From Amphiscolops sp. MND2022 (lineage: Eukaryota), in NCBI GenBank assembly GCA_964187785.1, contig OZ076409.1:46440001-46504000 (forward strand): a stretch of 64,000 nt of DNA, in the 5' to 3' direction. Within the stretch, counting starts at the first letter, position 1. Each line of letters starts with the position of its first letter. Position numbers and translations under genes: made by a program. The notes below the pieces were generated by a model. The model did not search any database. It saw nothing but the letters and a program-made list of their open reading frames with translations, and had not been told where the DNA came from. This document shows, in pieces, positions 50,320 through 62,700 of this stretch.

Positions 50320-51111
50320 TGCAGAACTTTAAATGTTCTATTGGAAAGTTTCCAGCGCCGCATCTCCAACACTCTTTTGTATTGAAGCTGATCCCGCTGA
50401 CTGCACAGACTGGTTCTTCTTTTATCTTGGGCTCTTGTCCGATGTATCCATATGTCTTCTGTCTCTTTAGCCCATCTTCAAAAGCAATTGCGAATTGGAG
50501 AGCCTCTGCTGGAGTATCTTTTGGCTCTGTGCAGAGCTTTTCTTGAACCAGTTTATTTGACATGTTGAGAACGAAAATGTCATAGACTAAACCTTCTGTC
50601 TGATTGCCAAAATTACATCTAGCCGCCAATCCATTTAAAGCATTCCAAAACTGGGGAAGGGATACGTTCGGCTTCTGCTTTCTTGACAAAAAGGTATGTT
50701 TATCCATAGTTCTATTTCTTCGCGTTTGTAAGCATTCATTACAATGTTGCAAGAATTGGGGTAACTGAATAAGCAGGATGTTAATTTGAGGGAATTTGTC
50801 CATGATCATTTTTCTGCCATTTTTGCGAAGAAATGTAAAGTAAGCTTACTATCTTTCTTGCAGCCGCATTTTCTTCCAGGTTTCCCATCAGTGCTGGAAC
50901 ACGAGGGTTATGTTCATCCGCCGTCCTGGTGATTTCGGTTACAGAAATTGATTGTCGAGCCAGTACTGCTTCGAATAATTGTTGCCAACTTCGAATAATT
51001 GTTGCCACTGCTCCCAGTCGTAAGAGGGTTCTTTCTCGGCCTCTTGCCAAAAGTAGTTCAGGCCTGGTACCGGTGAATTAGAAGATTCATCATCAGTAGG
51101 TCGCAGCGCCA
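50320..51111 (-). pseudogene. gag: Gypsy gag (N-terminal part)
   Basis: MALRPTDD..YDWEQWQQLFE; FLSRKQKPN..QFWNALNGLAARCNFG; CWRCGAGNF..HLKFC, which resumes at 45669 after the Copia insertion. Confidence 0.88.
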
Positions 51112-51309
51112 TGTTAACGATAACGAACTTAAGTGAAAGACGAGAATTCGGTAACAACTGTAAGTTTGTACGGAATCTGATGTTATGGCAGTTGATGTTA
51201 ATTTGCCATTTTTGGCTAAGTTTGGCAGGTTGTTATTATTAGGTAATTTAATTATTTTCACACTTCTGTTTTCTCAGCAATTAAGTTCAGTTTTCTAGAC
51301 TCTACTACA
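51112..51309 (-). repeat. Gypsy 5' LTR
   Basis: Matches 39914-40107 and is followed (minus strand) by the PBS. Confidence 0.93.
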
Positions 51310-52939
51310 GGGTTCATAAATTCAATTAACTTCACGATATTAACTAAGTTCGTTTCAAGAAGCTGAGTGTTTACTATCATTTGGTAGTCATTGAGATGTA
51401 CATCCTTTGAAACGCGTTTTCAGATCAAAACGCCTCGCACAGATTGGAAATGATTACAATTTACAAATTCAAATACAAATTGGCAAAATTAATTGATTGG
51501 GCTGGAAAGAGATAATTGAATATCTGATTGGTGAAGTATCAATTAATTAAAAATGCAGCTGAAAGGATTTATGGCGTACTTTGATGAAGAAAACATTGGA
51601 ATTCAGTCCATCTTCGAAAAAAATGCGACGTCGTACGAAGTTCAAAAATTAGCTTTAATGGATCCGGTTACCATAACAGAGAGCGGATGCTTCATGCGTC
51701 AGGCTTCTTTCCGATGAATTCAAACGGAAAGACCCTCAGGGGGCTCAGGCTGATCTTGATGGTTCTGACAAGTATTTGCCTCCAATTGTGAGAATAATTA
51801 GAAGCCGTAATTTCGAATCAGGGATAGAAAAAATTCAGGATAAGGGAAAAGAAATGGCGAGAGATGAGCAACTGGCCTGCCAAAACCTCAGAAAGGACAT
51901 CGTGGTGGAAGACGTCCCAGATACTTCGCTAGTATGATTCTAAACAAGAAAAAAGCACAATCGACAAAATATGCTGATATTCGTTTTGCCAACCTCGAAT
52001 AGTCTAGAGCGACTTTTTAGTATTGCATCGAGTGAGTTCTGACAACGACTGAACCCGACGAACAATTATATTCGAAAACAAAGAAGCCAAGTAATTGCTG
52101 TAAAGTGCAATAATTGATGGATTTTCTCGTGAAATTCAATTAACTGATTGGTTCGCTTAAAAAGTAAAATGCAACCGATTTTTTCATATCACTGATGCCT
52201 CGGAGTGACGACAACGTTTGAAGTAAATTTCGATAAATTTGCAAAATGGATCAAAACGACCAGAATGTACCACTGTGAAACGTCGATGGACTGGTCGCCA
52301 GGATGAAGGCCCATGTAGTGGATTGTCTGCGTAAAACACTTTCACCGCCACAAGGCGACCCTCTAGTGCTTTTGAAAACTGATGAGTGTAACTGGCAACA
52401 CTTCGGAATTACTGCCGCGTACTGATAAAGTGTACCGTCACTTCGAAGACATTCAGAAAAAAGTTTAATTCCAAGAGCAGAATAAAATCTGACTAATTTT
52501 CATTACAATATGTTTCAAAGTTAAATATCCAATTATTTAAAAAAGGCAAGGAACTATCTATACTTCATCCACAGCAACGGAAAACCTAGTAACCTTGAAT
52601 AAAAGGCAAAACGCTGAAACTGAAATTAGAAAACAGACAACTGATCTCTTGACGTCCATTGAAAATGATATCCAAACCATCAAGCAAAAACAAACTGAAA
52701 ATACTCAAATCACCTCAGGAATTACATTCGCAGAAAAGAAAACAAAAAGGTTTGGAAGCATATACCGTCTACAACTCAAACAGAGCGTGAACCCCTAAAG
52801 AAAGAGAGTGACTTAAACACCATGTTGATTGTCAGTGGCCATCAAAAGTATCATGATCGTATAGAAATCAAGAGCTTTTTCTAAAGTCTTTCCGATGGAA
52901 AAAATAGTTGTAGCTTTCAATACTGCGCGAGGGAACATT

Positions 52940-53325
52940 CGGTATGGAACCAGTTTGTAGGAAAGCAGTTTGTAGGATCCAGTTTGTAGAAAAGTGACGT
53001 CCAGTTTGTAGAAGTTTTTTTCTACAAACTGGACCATGGTATCATTTTGAATTAGGTCCAGTTTGTAGAATACCTGTTTGTAGAAATCATCAATTCGAGA
53101 AGAAAATAAGACCAATAATGTAGGAATAATGCCAAGTATAAAACGTGCTTCGGATATTCCCTCATTTTCTCCATTTCCTCGTGGCCCCTTGGGGCCGCTT
53201 ATGTTCTCATCTTGCTAAGCGAGGTCGAACAGGAGCAAAGACCTAGGAAATAGGTCCATTTTGTAGAATATCACTTTGTAGAATTCTACAAACTGGAGAA
53301 TTAAATTCTACCAACTGGACATCCT
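52940..53325. mobile_element. Degenerate foldback MITE (CCAGTTTGTAG arms, partial inverted core Y)
   Basis: CCAGTTTGTAG repeats on the left and CTACAAACTGG on the right; core Y fragment at ~53150-53247. No TSD seen. Confidence 0.6.
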
Positions 53326-53394
53326 TCAGACAAGATCTTGAGAGCTCCACCGCCTATGATCTAGAGGAATAAGATCGAAAAACTGATTAGTGGG

Positions 53395-53725
53395 GCTTAT
53401 CCGGTGTATGCAAGCTCGCCCTCACCGTCGCAAAGACCTGCTCACACTACGATCGCTTCGCGATCTTCGTTCCCGCTCCGTTTGCTCCTGTTCGACCTCG
53501 CTTAACAAGATGGGAACATAAGCGGCCCCAAGGGGCCGCGGGGCACTAGAGGAAATGGGACATATCCGACGGCCAAAAACATTTTTATTTGAAAACGCTA
53601 GGTGTTCGGCAACTTGTCCCTTCAAAATTCGGCAAATTCAAAGGGACAATTAGATGAAAAAAATTCGGCAAATTGTCCTTCACGTTCGGCAAATTGGGTT
53701 ACGGCAAATTTTTTTACGGTTTTCC
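53395..53725. mobile_element. Half foldback MITE (core Y plus an arm of TTCGGCAAATT repeats)
   Basis: Core Y at ~53395-53570 followed by five CGGCAA(A/C)TT repeats; left arm missing. Confidence 0.6.
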
Positions 53726-53779
53726 TAACCCCATATCACGGGAATACTACAGATGAAGATTCCTGATATTTTTGTGGAA

Positions 53780-56700
53780 CGTACAAATTGGAAAAAAGGA
53801 ACGAATAGAAATTTTTCTTCATTACTTTATTTGCTGAAAAAATCCAGACCGAAAAAAATTCGACATCACTTTTAGCCTAAAACGTAGCCTACATAAGCCT
53901 CGTAAATTTAACGAAACCATGAACGCCATATTTGGTCCTCGTCATGAGATATACGAGCTCAAGTAAAAATAAACCAAGAAAATTTTTTTGAAAAAAATGA
54001 AGTTTTTTTGGCAGAAAAACGAAGGCGTCATTTTTGATGATGGTAACATTATTGGTCCAAAGGTAGCCCATATCTATATTGTTCTTCTCGAAAGAGAACG
54101 GTTTCTGTATCTTTTATCAGTTTTGAGAAGTATGAGCTACGAATGGGAAAAAATTTTTGAAAATTTTTTGTTTTCTCCTTTGCCCAAAAACACCAAGTAT
54201 GAAAAAAGTTTTGACGTCATTTTTAAGCTAAAATGTAGCATATTAAACTCTCGTACAATTTACGAAACCATGGACCCTGTATTCGGTCTCAATTCTGAGA
54301 TATAGGGGAACAAAGATGAAAAGAAGTCAAAAATAGCGATTTTTCAAAATTCTTTTGAAAAAAACCCATGAAGCCGAAATTTTTTCGAATTTTAGCCTAA
54401 GATCCTGCGCAACGTTTAGCGAAAAGATGGTGTCCGTATCTGTTCTGAGTTTTGAGAAATTTGCCTCACAACTTTGAAAAATTGTCTTATGTCACGAAAT
54501 CTGCAAAAAATAAACATTGGCGCGACCGCATGTCGCGCTTGGGCACGAGCAGAAACGTTCAATGGTCTGCAGAAGGTGTTACAAAACCTTTGGGATTCAG
54601 GGACAACAATTTTGTGAATTTATCCGGTCTCAGATGAGGACATTTTGATGAAAGAACTAAAAAGATGAAGCAAATTTTTTTTGAGAAAAACAAAAAAATG
54701 TACTTCTGGCAGAAACCCGAAAGCGTCATACTTCATGACGGAAACCCTGATAGTACAAAAAGTAATCTACATACTTGCCTCACTTTGTGAGGGAGAAAAG
54801 TGTTCGTATCTATTTTCAGTTCTGAGAAATGTTAGCTACAAATTGGAAAAAAATGGAAAAAATCCACAAAAATTTTTTAAATACTTTATTTGCTGAAATA
54901 AATCCAGAGCGAAAAAAAACTTCGACATTACTTTCAACCTAAAACGTAGCCTACATAAACTTCTTAAAATTAACGAAACCATGAACGCCATATTTGGTCC
55001 TCGTCATGAGATGTACGAGCTCAAGTAAAAAAGAACCAAGAAATTTTTTTTTGAAAAGAATGAAGTTTTTTTGGCAGAAAAACGAAGGCGTCATTTTTGA
55101 TGACGGTAACATTATTGGTCCAAAGGTAGCCCATATCTATATTGTTCTTCTCGAAAGAGAACGGTTTCTGTATCTTTTATCAGGTTTGAGAAGTATGAGC
55201 TACGAATGGGAAAAAATTTTTGAAAATTTTTTGTTTTCTCCTTTGCCCAAAAACACCAAGTATGAAAAAAGTTTTGACGTCATTTTTAAGCTAAAATGTA
55301 GCATATTAAACACTCGTACAATTTACGAAACCATGGACCCTGTATTCGGTCTCAATTCTGAGATATAGGGGAACAAAGATGAAAAGAAGTCAAAAATAGC
55401 GATTTTTCAAAATTCTTTTGAAAAAAACCCATGAAGCCGAAATTTTTTCGAATTTTAGCCTAAGATCCTGCGCAACGTTTAGCGAAAAGATGGTGTCCGT
55501 ATCTGTTCTGAGTTTTGAGAAATTTGCCTCACAACTTTGAAAAATTGTCTTATGTCACGAAATCTGCGAAAAATAAACATTGGCGCGACCGCATGTCGCG
55601 CTTGGGCACAAGCAGAAACGTTCAATGGTCTGCAGAAGGTGTTACAAAACCTTTGGGAGTCAGGGACAACAATTTTGTGAATTTATCCGGTCTCAGATGA
55701 GGACATTTTGATGAAAGAACTAAAAAGATGAAGCAAATTTTTTTTGAGAAAAACAAAAAATGTACTTCTGGCAGAAACCCGAAAGCGTCATACTTCATGA
55801 CGGAAACCCTGATAGTACAAAAAGTAATCTACATACTTGCCTCACTTTGTGAGGGAGAAAAGTGTTCGTATCTATTTTCAGTTCTGAGAAATGTTAGCTA
55901 CAAATTGGAAAAAAATGGAAAAAATCCACAAAAATTTTTTAATACTTTATTTGCTGAAATAAATCCAGAGCGAAAAAAACTTCGACATTACTTTCAACCT
56001 AAAACGTAGCCTACATAAACTTCTTAAAATTAACGAAACCATGAACGCCATATTTGGTCCTCGTCATGAGATGTACGAGCTCAAGTAAAAAAGAACCAAG
56101 AAATTTTTTTTGAAAAGAATGAAGTTTTTTTGGCAGAAAAACGAAGGCGTCATTTTTGATGACGGTAACATTATTGGTCCAAAGGTAGCCCATATCTATA
56201 TTGTTCTTCTCGAAAGAGAACGGTTTCTGTATCTTTTATCAGGTTTGAGAAGTATGAGCTACGAATGAGAAAAAAATTTCGAAAATTTTTTGTTTTCTCT
56301 TTTGCCCAAAAACACCAAGTATGAAAAAAGTTTTGAGGTCATTTTTAGGCCAAAAAGTAGCCTAATAAACGCTTGTACAATTTACGAAACCTTGGACCCT
56401 GTATTTGGTCTCAGTTCTGAGAAATAGGGGAACAAAGAAGAAAATAGTCAAATGTAGCGATTTTTCAAAAAATTCTTTTGAAAAAAACCCATGAAGCCGA
56501 ATTTTTTTTGAAAATTTTTTTCATTAAAAATGTAGCCTAGGATCCTGCGCAACCTTTAGCCAAAAGATGGTGTCCGTATCTGTTCTGGGTTTTGAGAAAT
56601 TGGCCTCACAACCTTGAAAAACTGTCTTATGTCACGAAATCTGCGAAAAAAACATTGGCGCGACCGCATGTCGCGCTTGGGCACAAGCAGAAACGTTCAA

Positions 56701-59700
56701 TGGTCTGCTGAAGGTGTTACAAAATCTTTGGGATCTAGGGCCAACAATTTTGTGAATTTATCCGGTCTCAGATGGGGACATATTGATGAAAGAACTAAAA
56801 AAATGAAGCAAATTTTTTTTGGGAAAAAAATTTACTTTTGGCAGAAACCCGAAAGCGCCATACTTCATGACGGAAACCCTGATAGTACAAAAAGTAATCT
56901 ACATACTTGCCTCACTTTGTGAGGGAGAAAAGTGTTCGTATCTATTTTCAGTTCTGAGAAATGTTAGCTACAAATTGGAAAAAAATGGAAAAAAATCCAC
57001 AAAATTTTTTTCTTACTTTATTTGCTAAAATAAATCCAGAGCGAAAAAAATTTCGACATTGATTTAGCCTAAAACGTAGCCTGAATAAACCTCTTAAAAT
57101 TAACGAAACCATGAACCCCATATTTGGTCTCGGTCATGAGATACACGAGCTCAAGTAAAAAAGAACCAAGAAATTTTTTTTGAAAAAAATGAAGTTTTTT
57201 TTGGCAGAAAAACGAAGGTGTCATTTTTGATGACGGTAACATTATTGGTCCAAAGGTAGCCCATATCTATATTGTTCTTCTCGAAAGAGAACGGTTTCTG
57301 TATCTTTTATCAGTTTTGAGAAGTATGAGCTACGAATGAGAAAAAAATTTCGAAAATTTTTTGTTTTCTCTTTTGCCCAAAAACACCAAGTATGAAAAAA
57401 GTTTGGACGTCAGTTTTAGGCCAAAATGTAGCCAAATGACCGCTTGTACAATTTACTAAACCATGGACCCTGTATTTGGTCTCAGTTCTGAGAAATAGGG
57501 GAACAAAGAAGAAAAATAGTCAAAAAGCGATTTTTCAAAAATTCTTTTGAAAAAACCCATGAAGCCGAATTTTTTTGAAATTTTTTTTTCAACGAAAATG
57601 TAGCCTAGGATCCTGCGCAACGTTTAGCGAAAAGATGGTGTCCGTATCTGTTCTGGGTTTTGAGAAATTGGCCTCACAACCTTGAAAAATTGTCTTATGT
57701 CACGAAATCTGCGAAAAAAAACATTGGCGCGACCGCATGTCGCGCTTGGGCACAAGCAGAAACGTTCAATGGTCTGCTGAAGGTGTTACAAAGTCTTTGG
57801 GATCTAGGGCCAACAATTTTGTGAATTTATCCGGTCTCAGACGAGGACATTTTGATGAAAGAACTAAAAAAATGAAGCACATTTTTTTTGAGAAAAATAA
57901 AAAAATGTACTTTTGGCAGAAACCCGAAAGCGCCATACTTCATGACGGAAACCCTGATAGTACAAAAAGTAATCTACATACTTGCCTCACTTTGTGAGGG
58001 AGAAAAGTGTTCGTATCTATTTTCAGTTCTGAGAAAAATTAGCTACAAATTGGAAAAAAATGGAAAAAATCCACAAAATTTTTTTTATTACTATATTTGC
58101 TAAAATAAATCCAGAGCGAAAAAAATTTCGACAATACTTTTAGCCTAAAACGTAGCCTGAATAAACCTCTTAAAATTAACGAAACCATGAACCCCATATT
58201 TGGTCTCGCTCATGAGATACACGAGCTCAAGTAAAAAAGAACCAAGGAATTTTTTTGAAAAAATTGAAGTGTTTTTGGCAGAAAAACGAAGACGTCATTT
58301 TTGATGACGGTAACATTATTGGTCCAAAGGTAGCCCATATCTATATTGTTCTTCTCGAAAGAGAACGGTTTCTGTATCTTTTATCAGTTTTGAGAAGTAT
58401 GAGCTACGAATGAGAAAAAAATTTCGAAAATTTTTTGTTTTCTCTTTTGCCCAAAAACACCACGTATGGAAAAAGTTTTGACGTCATTTTTGGGCCAAAA
58501 TGTAGCGTAATAAACGCTTATACAATTTACGAAACCATGGACCCTGTATTTGGTCTCAGTTCTGAGAAATAGGGGAACAAAGAAGAAAAATAGTCAAATA
58601 TAGCGATTTTTCAAAAATTCTTTTGAAAAAAACCCATGAAGCCGAATTTTTTTTGAAAATTTTTTTTTCAACGAAAATTTAGCCTAGGATCCTGCGCAAC
58701 GTTTAGCGAAAAGATGGTGTCCGTATCTGTTCTGGGTTTTGAGAAATTGGCCTCACAACCTTGAAAAACTGTCTTATGTCACGAAATCTGCGAAAAAAAC
58801 ATTGGCGCGACCGCATGTCGCGCTTGGGCACAAGCAGAAACGTTCAATGGTCTGCTGAAGGTGTTACAAAATCTTTGGGATCTAGGGCCAACAGTTTTGT
58901 GAATTTATCCGGTCTCAGATGGGGACATTTTGATGAAAGAACTAAAAAAATGAAGCAAATTTTTTTTGGGAAAAAAAATTTACTTTTGGCAGAAACCCGA
59001 AAGCGCCATACTTCATGACGGAAACCCTGATAGTACAAAAAGTAATCTACATACTTGCCTCACTTTGTGAGGGAGAAAAGTGTTCGTATCTATTTTCAGT
59101 TCTGAGAAATGTTAGCTACAAATTGGAAAAAAATGGAAAAAATCCACAAAATTTTTTTCTTACTTTATTTGCTAAAATAAATCCAGAGCGAAAAAAATTT
59201 CGACATTACTTTTAGCCTAAAACGTAGCCTGAATAAACCTCTTAAAATTAACGAAACCATGAACCCCATATTAGGTCTCGGTCATGAGATACACGAGCTC
59301 AAGTAAAAAAGAACCAAGAAATTTTTTTTGAAAAAAATGAAGTTTTTTTGGCAGAAAAACGAAGGTGTCATTTTTGATGACGGTAACATTATTGGTCCAA
59401 AGGTAGCCCATATCTATATTGTTCTTCTCGAATGAGAACAGTTTCTGTATCTTTTATCAGTTTTGAGAAGTATGAGCTACGAATGAGAAAAAAATTTCGA
59501 AAATTTTTTGTTTTCTCTTTTGCCCGAAAGCACCAAGTATGAAAAAAGTTTGGACGTCAGTTTTAGGCCAAAATGTAGCCAAATGAACGCTTGTACAATT
59601 TACTAAAACATGGACCCTGTATTTGGTCTCAGTTCTGAGAAATAGGGGAACAAAGAAGAAAAATAGTCAAAAAGCGATTTTTCAAAAATTCTTTTGAGAA

Positions 59701-62700
59701 AAACCCATGAAGCCGAATTTTTTTGAAATTTTTTTTCAACGAAAATGTAGCCTAGGATCCTGCGCAACGTTTAGCGAAAAGATGGTGTCCGTATCTGTTC
59801 TGGGTTTTGAGAAATTGGCCTCACAACCTTGAAAAATTGTCTTATGTCACGAAATCTGCGAAAAAAAACATTGGCGCGACCGCATGTCGCGCTTGGGCAC
59901 AAGCAGAAACGTTCAATGATCTGCTGAAGGTGTTACAAAGTCTTTGGGATCTAGGGCCAACAATTTTGTGAATTTATCCGGTCTCAGATGAGGACATTTT
60001 GATGGAAGAACTAAAAAAAATGAAGCACATTTTTTTTGAGAAAAATAAAAAAATGTACTTTTGGCAGAAACCCGAAAGCGCCATACTTCATGACGGAAAC
60101 CCTGATAGTACAAAAAGTAATCTACATACTTGCCTCACTTTGTGAGGGAGAAAAGTGTTCGTATCTATTTTCAGTTCTGAGAAAAATTAGCTACAAATTG
60201 GAAAAAAATGGAAAAAATCCACAAAAATTTTTTTCTTGCTTTATTTGCTAAAATAAATCCAGAGCGAAAAAAATTTCGACATTACTTTTAGCCTAAAACG
60301 TAGCCTGAATAAACCTCTTAAAATTAACGAAACCATGAACCCCATATTTGGTCTCGGTCATGAGATACACGAGCTCAAGTAAAAAAGAACCAAGTAATTT
60401 TTTTTGAAAAAATGAAGTTTTTTTGGCAGAAAAACGAAGGTGTCATTTTTGATGACGGTAACATTATTGGTCCAAAGGTAGCCCATATCTATATTGTTCT
60501 TCTCGAATGAGAACAGTTTCTGTATCTTTTATCAGTTTTGAGAAGTATGAGCTACGAATGAGAAAAAAATTTCGAAAATTTTTTGTTTTCTCTTTTGCCC
60601 GAAAGCACCAAGTATGAAAAAAGTTTGGACGTCAGTTTTAGGCCAAAATGTAGCCAAATGAACGCTTGTACAATTTACTAAAACATGGACCCTGTATTTG
60701 GTCTCAGTTCTGAGAAATAGGGGAACAAAGAAGAAAAATAGTCAAAAAGCGATTTTTCGAAAATTCTTTTGAAAAAAACCCATGAAGCCGAATTTTTTTG
60801 AAAATTTTTTTTCAACGAAAATGTAGCCTAGGATCCTGCGCAACGTTTAGCGAAAAGATGGTGTCCGTATCTGTTCTGGGTTTTGAGAAATTGGCCTCAC
60901 AACTTTGAAAAATTGTCTTATGTCACGAAATCTGCGAAAAAAAAACATTGGCGCGACCGCATGTCGCGCTTGGGCACAAACAGAAACGTTCAATGGTCTG
61001 CTGAAGGTGTTACAAAGTCTTTGGGATCTAGGGCCAACAATTTTGTGAATTTATCCGGTCTCAGATGAGGACATTTTGATGAAAGAACTAAAAAAATGAA
61101 GCACATTTTTTTTGAGAAAAATAAAAAAAATGTACTTTTGGCAGAAACCCGAAAGCGCCATACTTCATGACGGAAACCCTGATAGTACAAAAAGTAATCT
61201 ACATACTTGCCTCACTTTGTGAGGGAGAAAAGTGTTCGTATCTATTTTCAGTTCTGAGAAAAATTAGCTACAAATTGGAAAAAAATGGAAAAATCCACAA
61301 AATTTTTTTTATTACTTTATTTGCTAAAATAAATCCAGAGCGAAAAAAATTTCGACAATACTTTTAGCCTAAAACGTAGCCTGAATAAACCTCTTAAAAT
61401 TAACGAAACCATGAACCCCATATTTGGTCTCGCTCATGAGATACACGAGCTCAAGTAAAAAAGAACCAAGGAATTTTTTTGAAAAAATTGAAGTGTTTTT
61501 GGCAGAAAAACGAAGACGTCATTTTTGATGACGGTAACATTATTGATCCAAAGGTAGCCCATATCTATATTGTTCTTCTCGAAAGAGAACGGTTTCTGTA
61601 TCTTTTATCAGTTTTGAGAAGTATGAGCTACGAATGAGAAAAAAATTTCGAAAATTTTTTGTTTTCTCTTTTGCCCAAAAACACCACGTATGAAAAAAGT
61701 TTTGACGTCATTTTTCGGCCAAAATGTAGCGTAATAAACGCTTATACAATTTACGAAACCATGGACCCTGTATTTGGTCTCAGTTCTGAGAAATAGGGGA
61801 ACAAAGAAGAAAAATAGTCAAATATAGCGATTTTTCAAAAATTCTTTTGAAAAAAACCCATGAAGCCGAATTTTTTTTGAAAATTTTTTTTCAACGAAAA
61901 TTTAGCCTAGGATCCTGCGCAACGTTTAGCGAAAAGATGGTGTCCGTATCTGTTCTGGGTTTTGAGAAATTGGCCTCACAACCTTGAAAAACGGTCTTAT
62001 GTCACGAAATCTGCGAAAAAAACATTGGCGCGACCGCATGTCGCGCTTGGGCACAAGCAGAAACGTCCAATGGTCTGTTGAAGGTGTTGCAAATTCTTTG
62101 GGATCTGGGGCTAACAATTTTGTGAGTTTATCCGGTCTCAGATGAGGACATTTTGATGAAAGAACTAAAAAGATGAAGCAAATTTTTTTTGAGAAAAATA
62201 AAAAATTGTACTTTTGGCAGAAACCCGAAAGCGTCATACTTCATGACGGAAACCCTGATAGTACAAAAAGTTACCTACATACTTGCCTCACTTTTTGAGG
62301 GAGAAAAGTGTTCGTATCTTTTTTCAGTTCTGAGAAATGTTAGCTACAAATTGGAAAAAAATGGAAAAAATCCACAAAAAATTTTTTATTACTTTATTTG
62401 CTAAAATAAATCCAGAGCGAAAAAAACTTCGACATTACTTTCAACCTAAAACGTAGCCTACATAAACTTCTTAAAATTAACGAAACCATGAACGCCATAT
62501 TTGGTCCTCGTCATGAGATGTACGAGCTCAAGTAAAAAAGAACCAAGAAATTTTTTTTGAAAAGAATGAAGTTTTTTTGGCAGAAAAACGAAGGCGTCAT
62601 TTTTGATGACGGTAACATTATTGGTCCAAAGGTAGCCCATATCTATATTGTTCTTCTCGAAAGAGAACGGTTTCTGTATCTTTTATCAGTTTTGAGAAGT

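Larger units (their letters stand above)
39914..51309 (-). mobile_element. Decayed Ty3/Gypsy LTR retrotransposon (probably Mag-like) with nested insertions
   Basis: LTRs 51112-51309 and 39914-40107 (~95% identical); TSD GGGTT (39909-39913, 51310-51314); PBS TGGCGCTGCGA; PPT AAAGAGGGAAG. Confidence 0.95.

Noticed and set aside
52375..52415. Hammerhead-like CTGATGA-GTGT..ACAC
   Set aside because: No GAAA after the stem and no convincing stems I and III.
53726..53750. CTAA-CCCC as a piggyBac-like terminus of the macrosatellite
   Set aside because: Not a perfect TTAA, and the partner end is outside the window.
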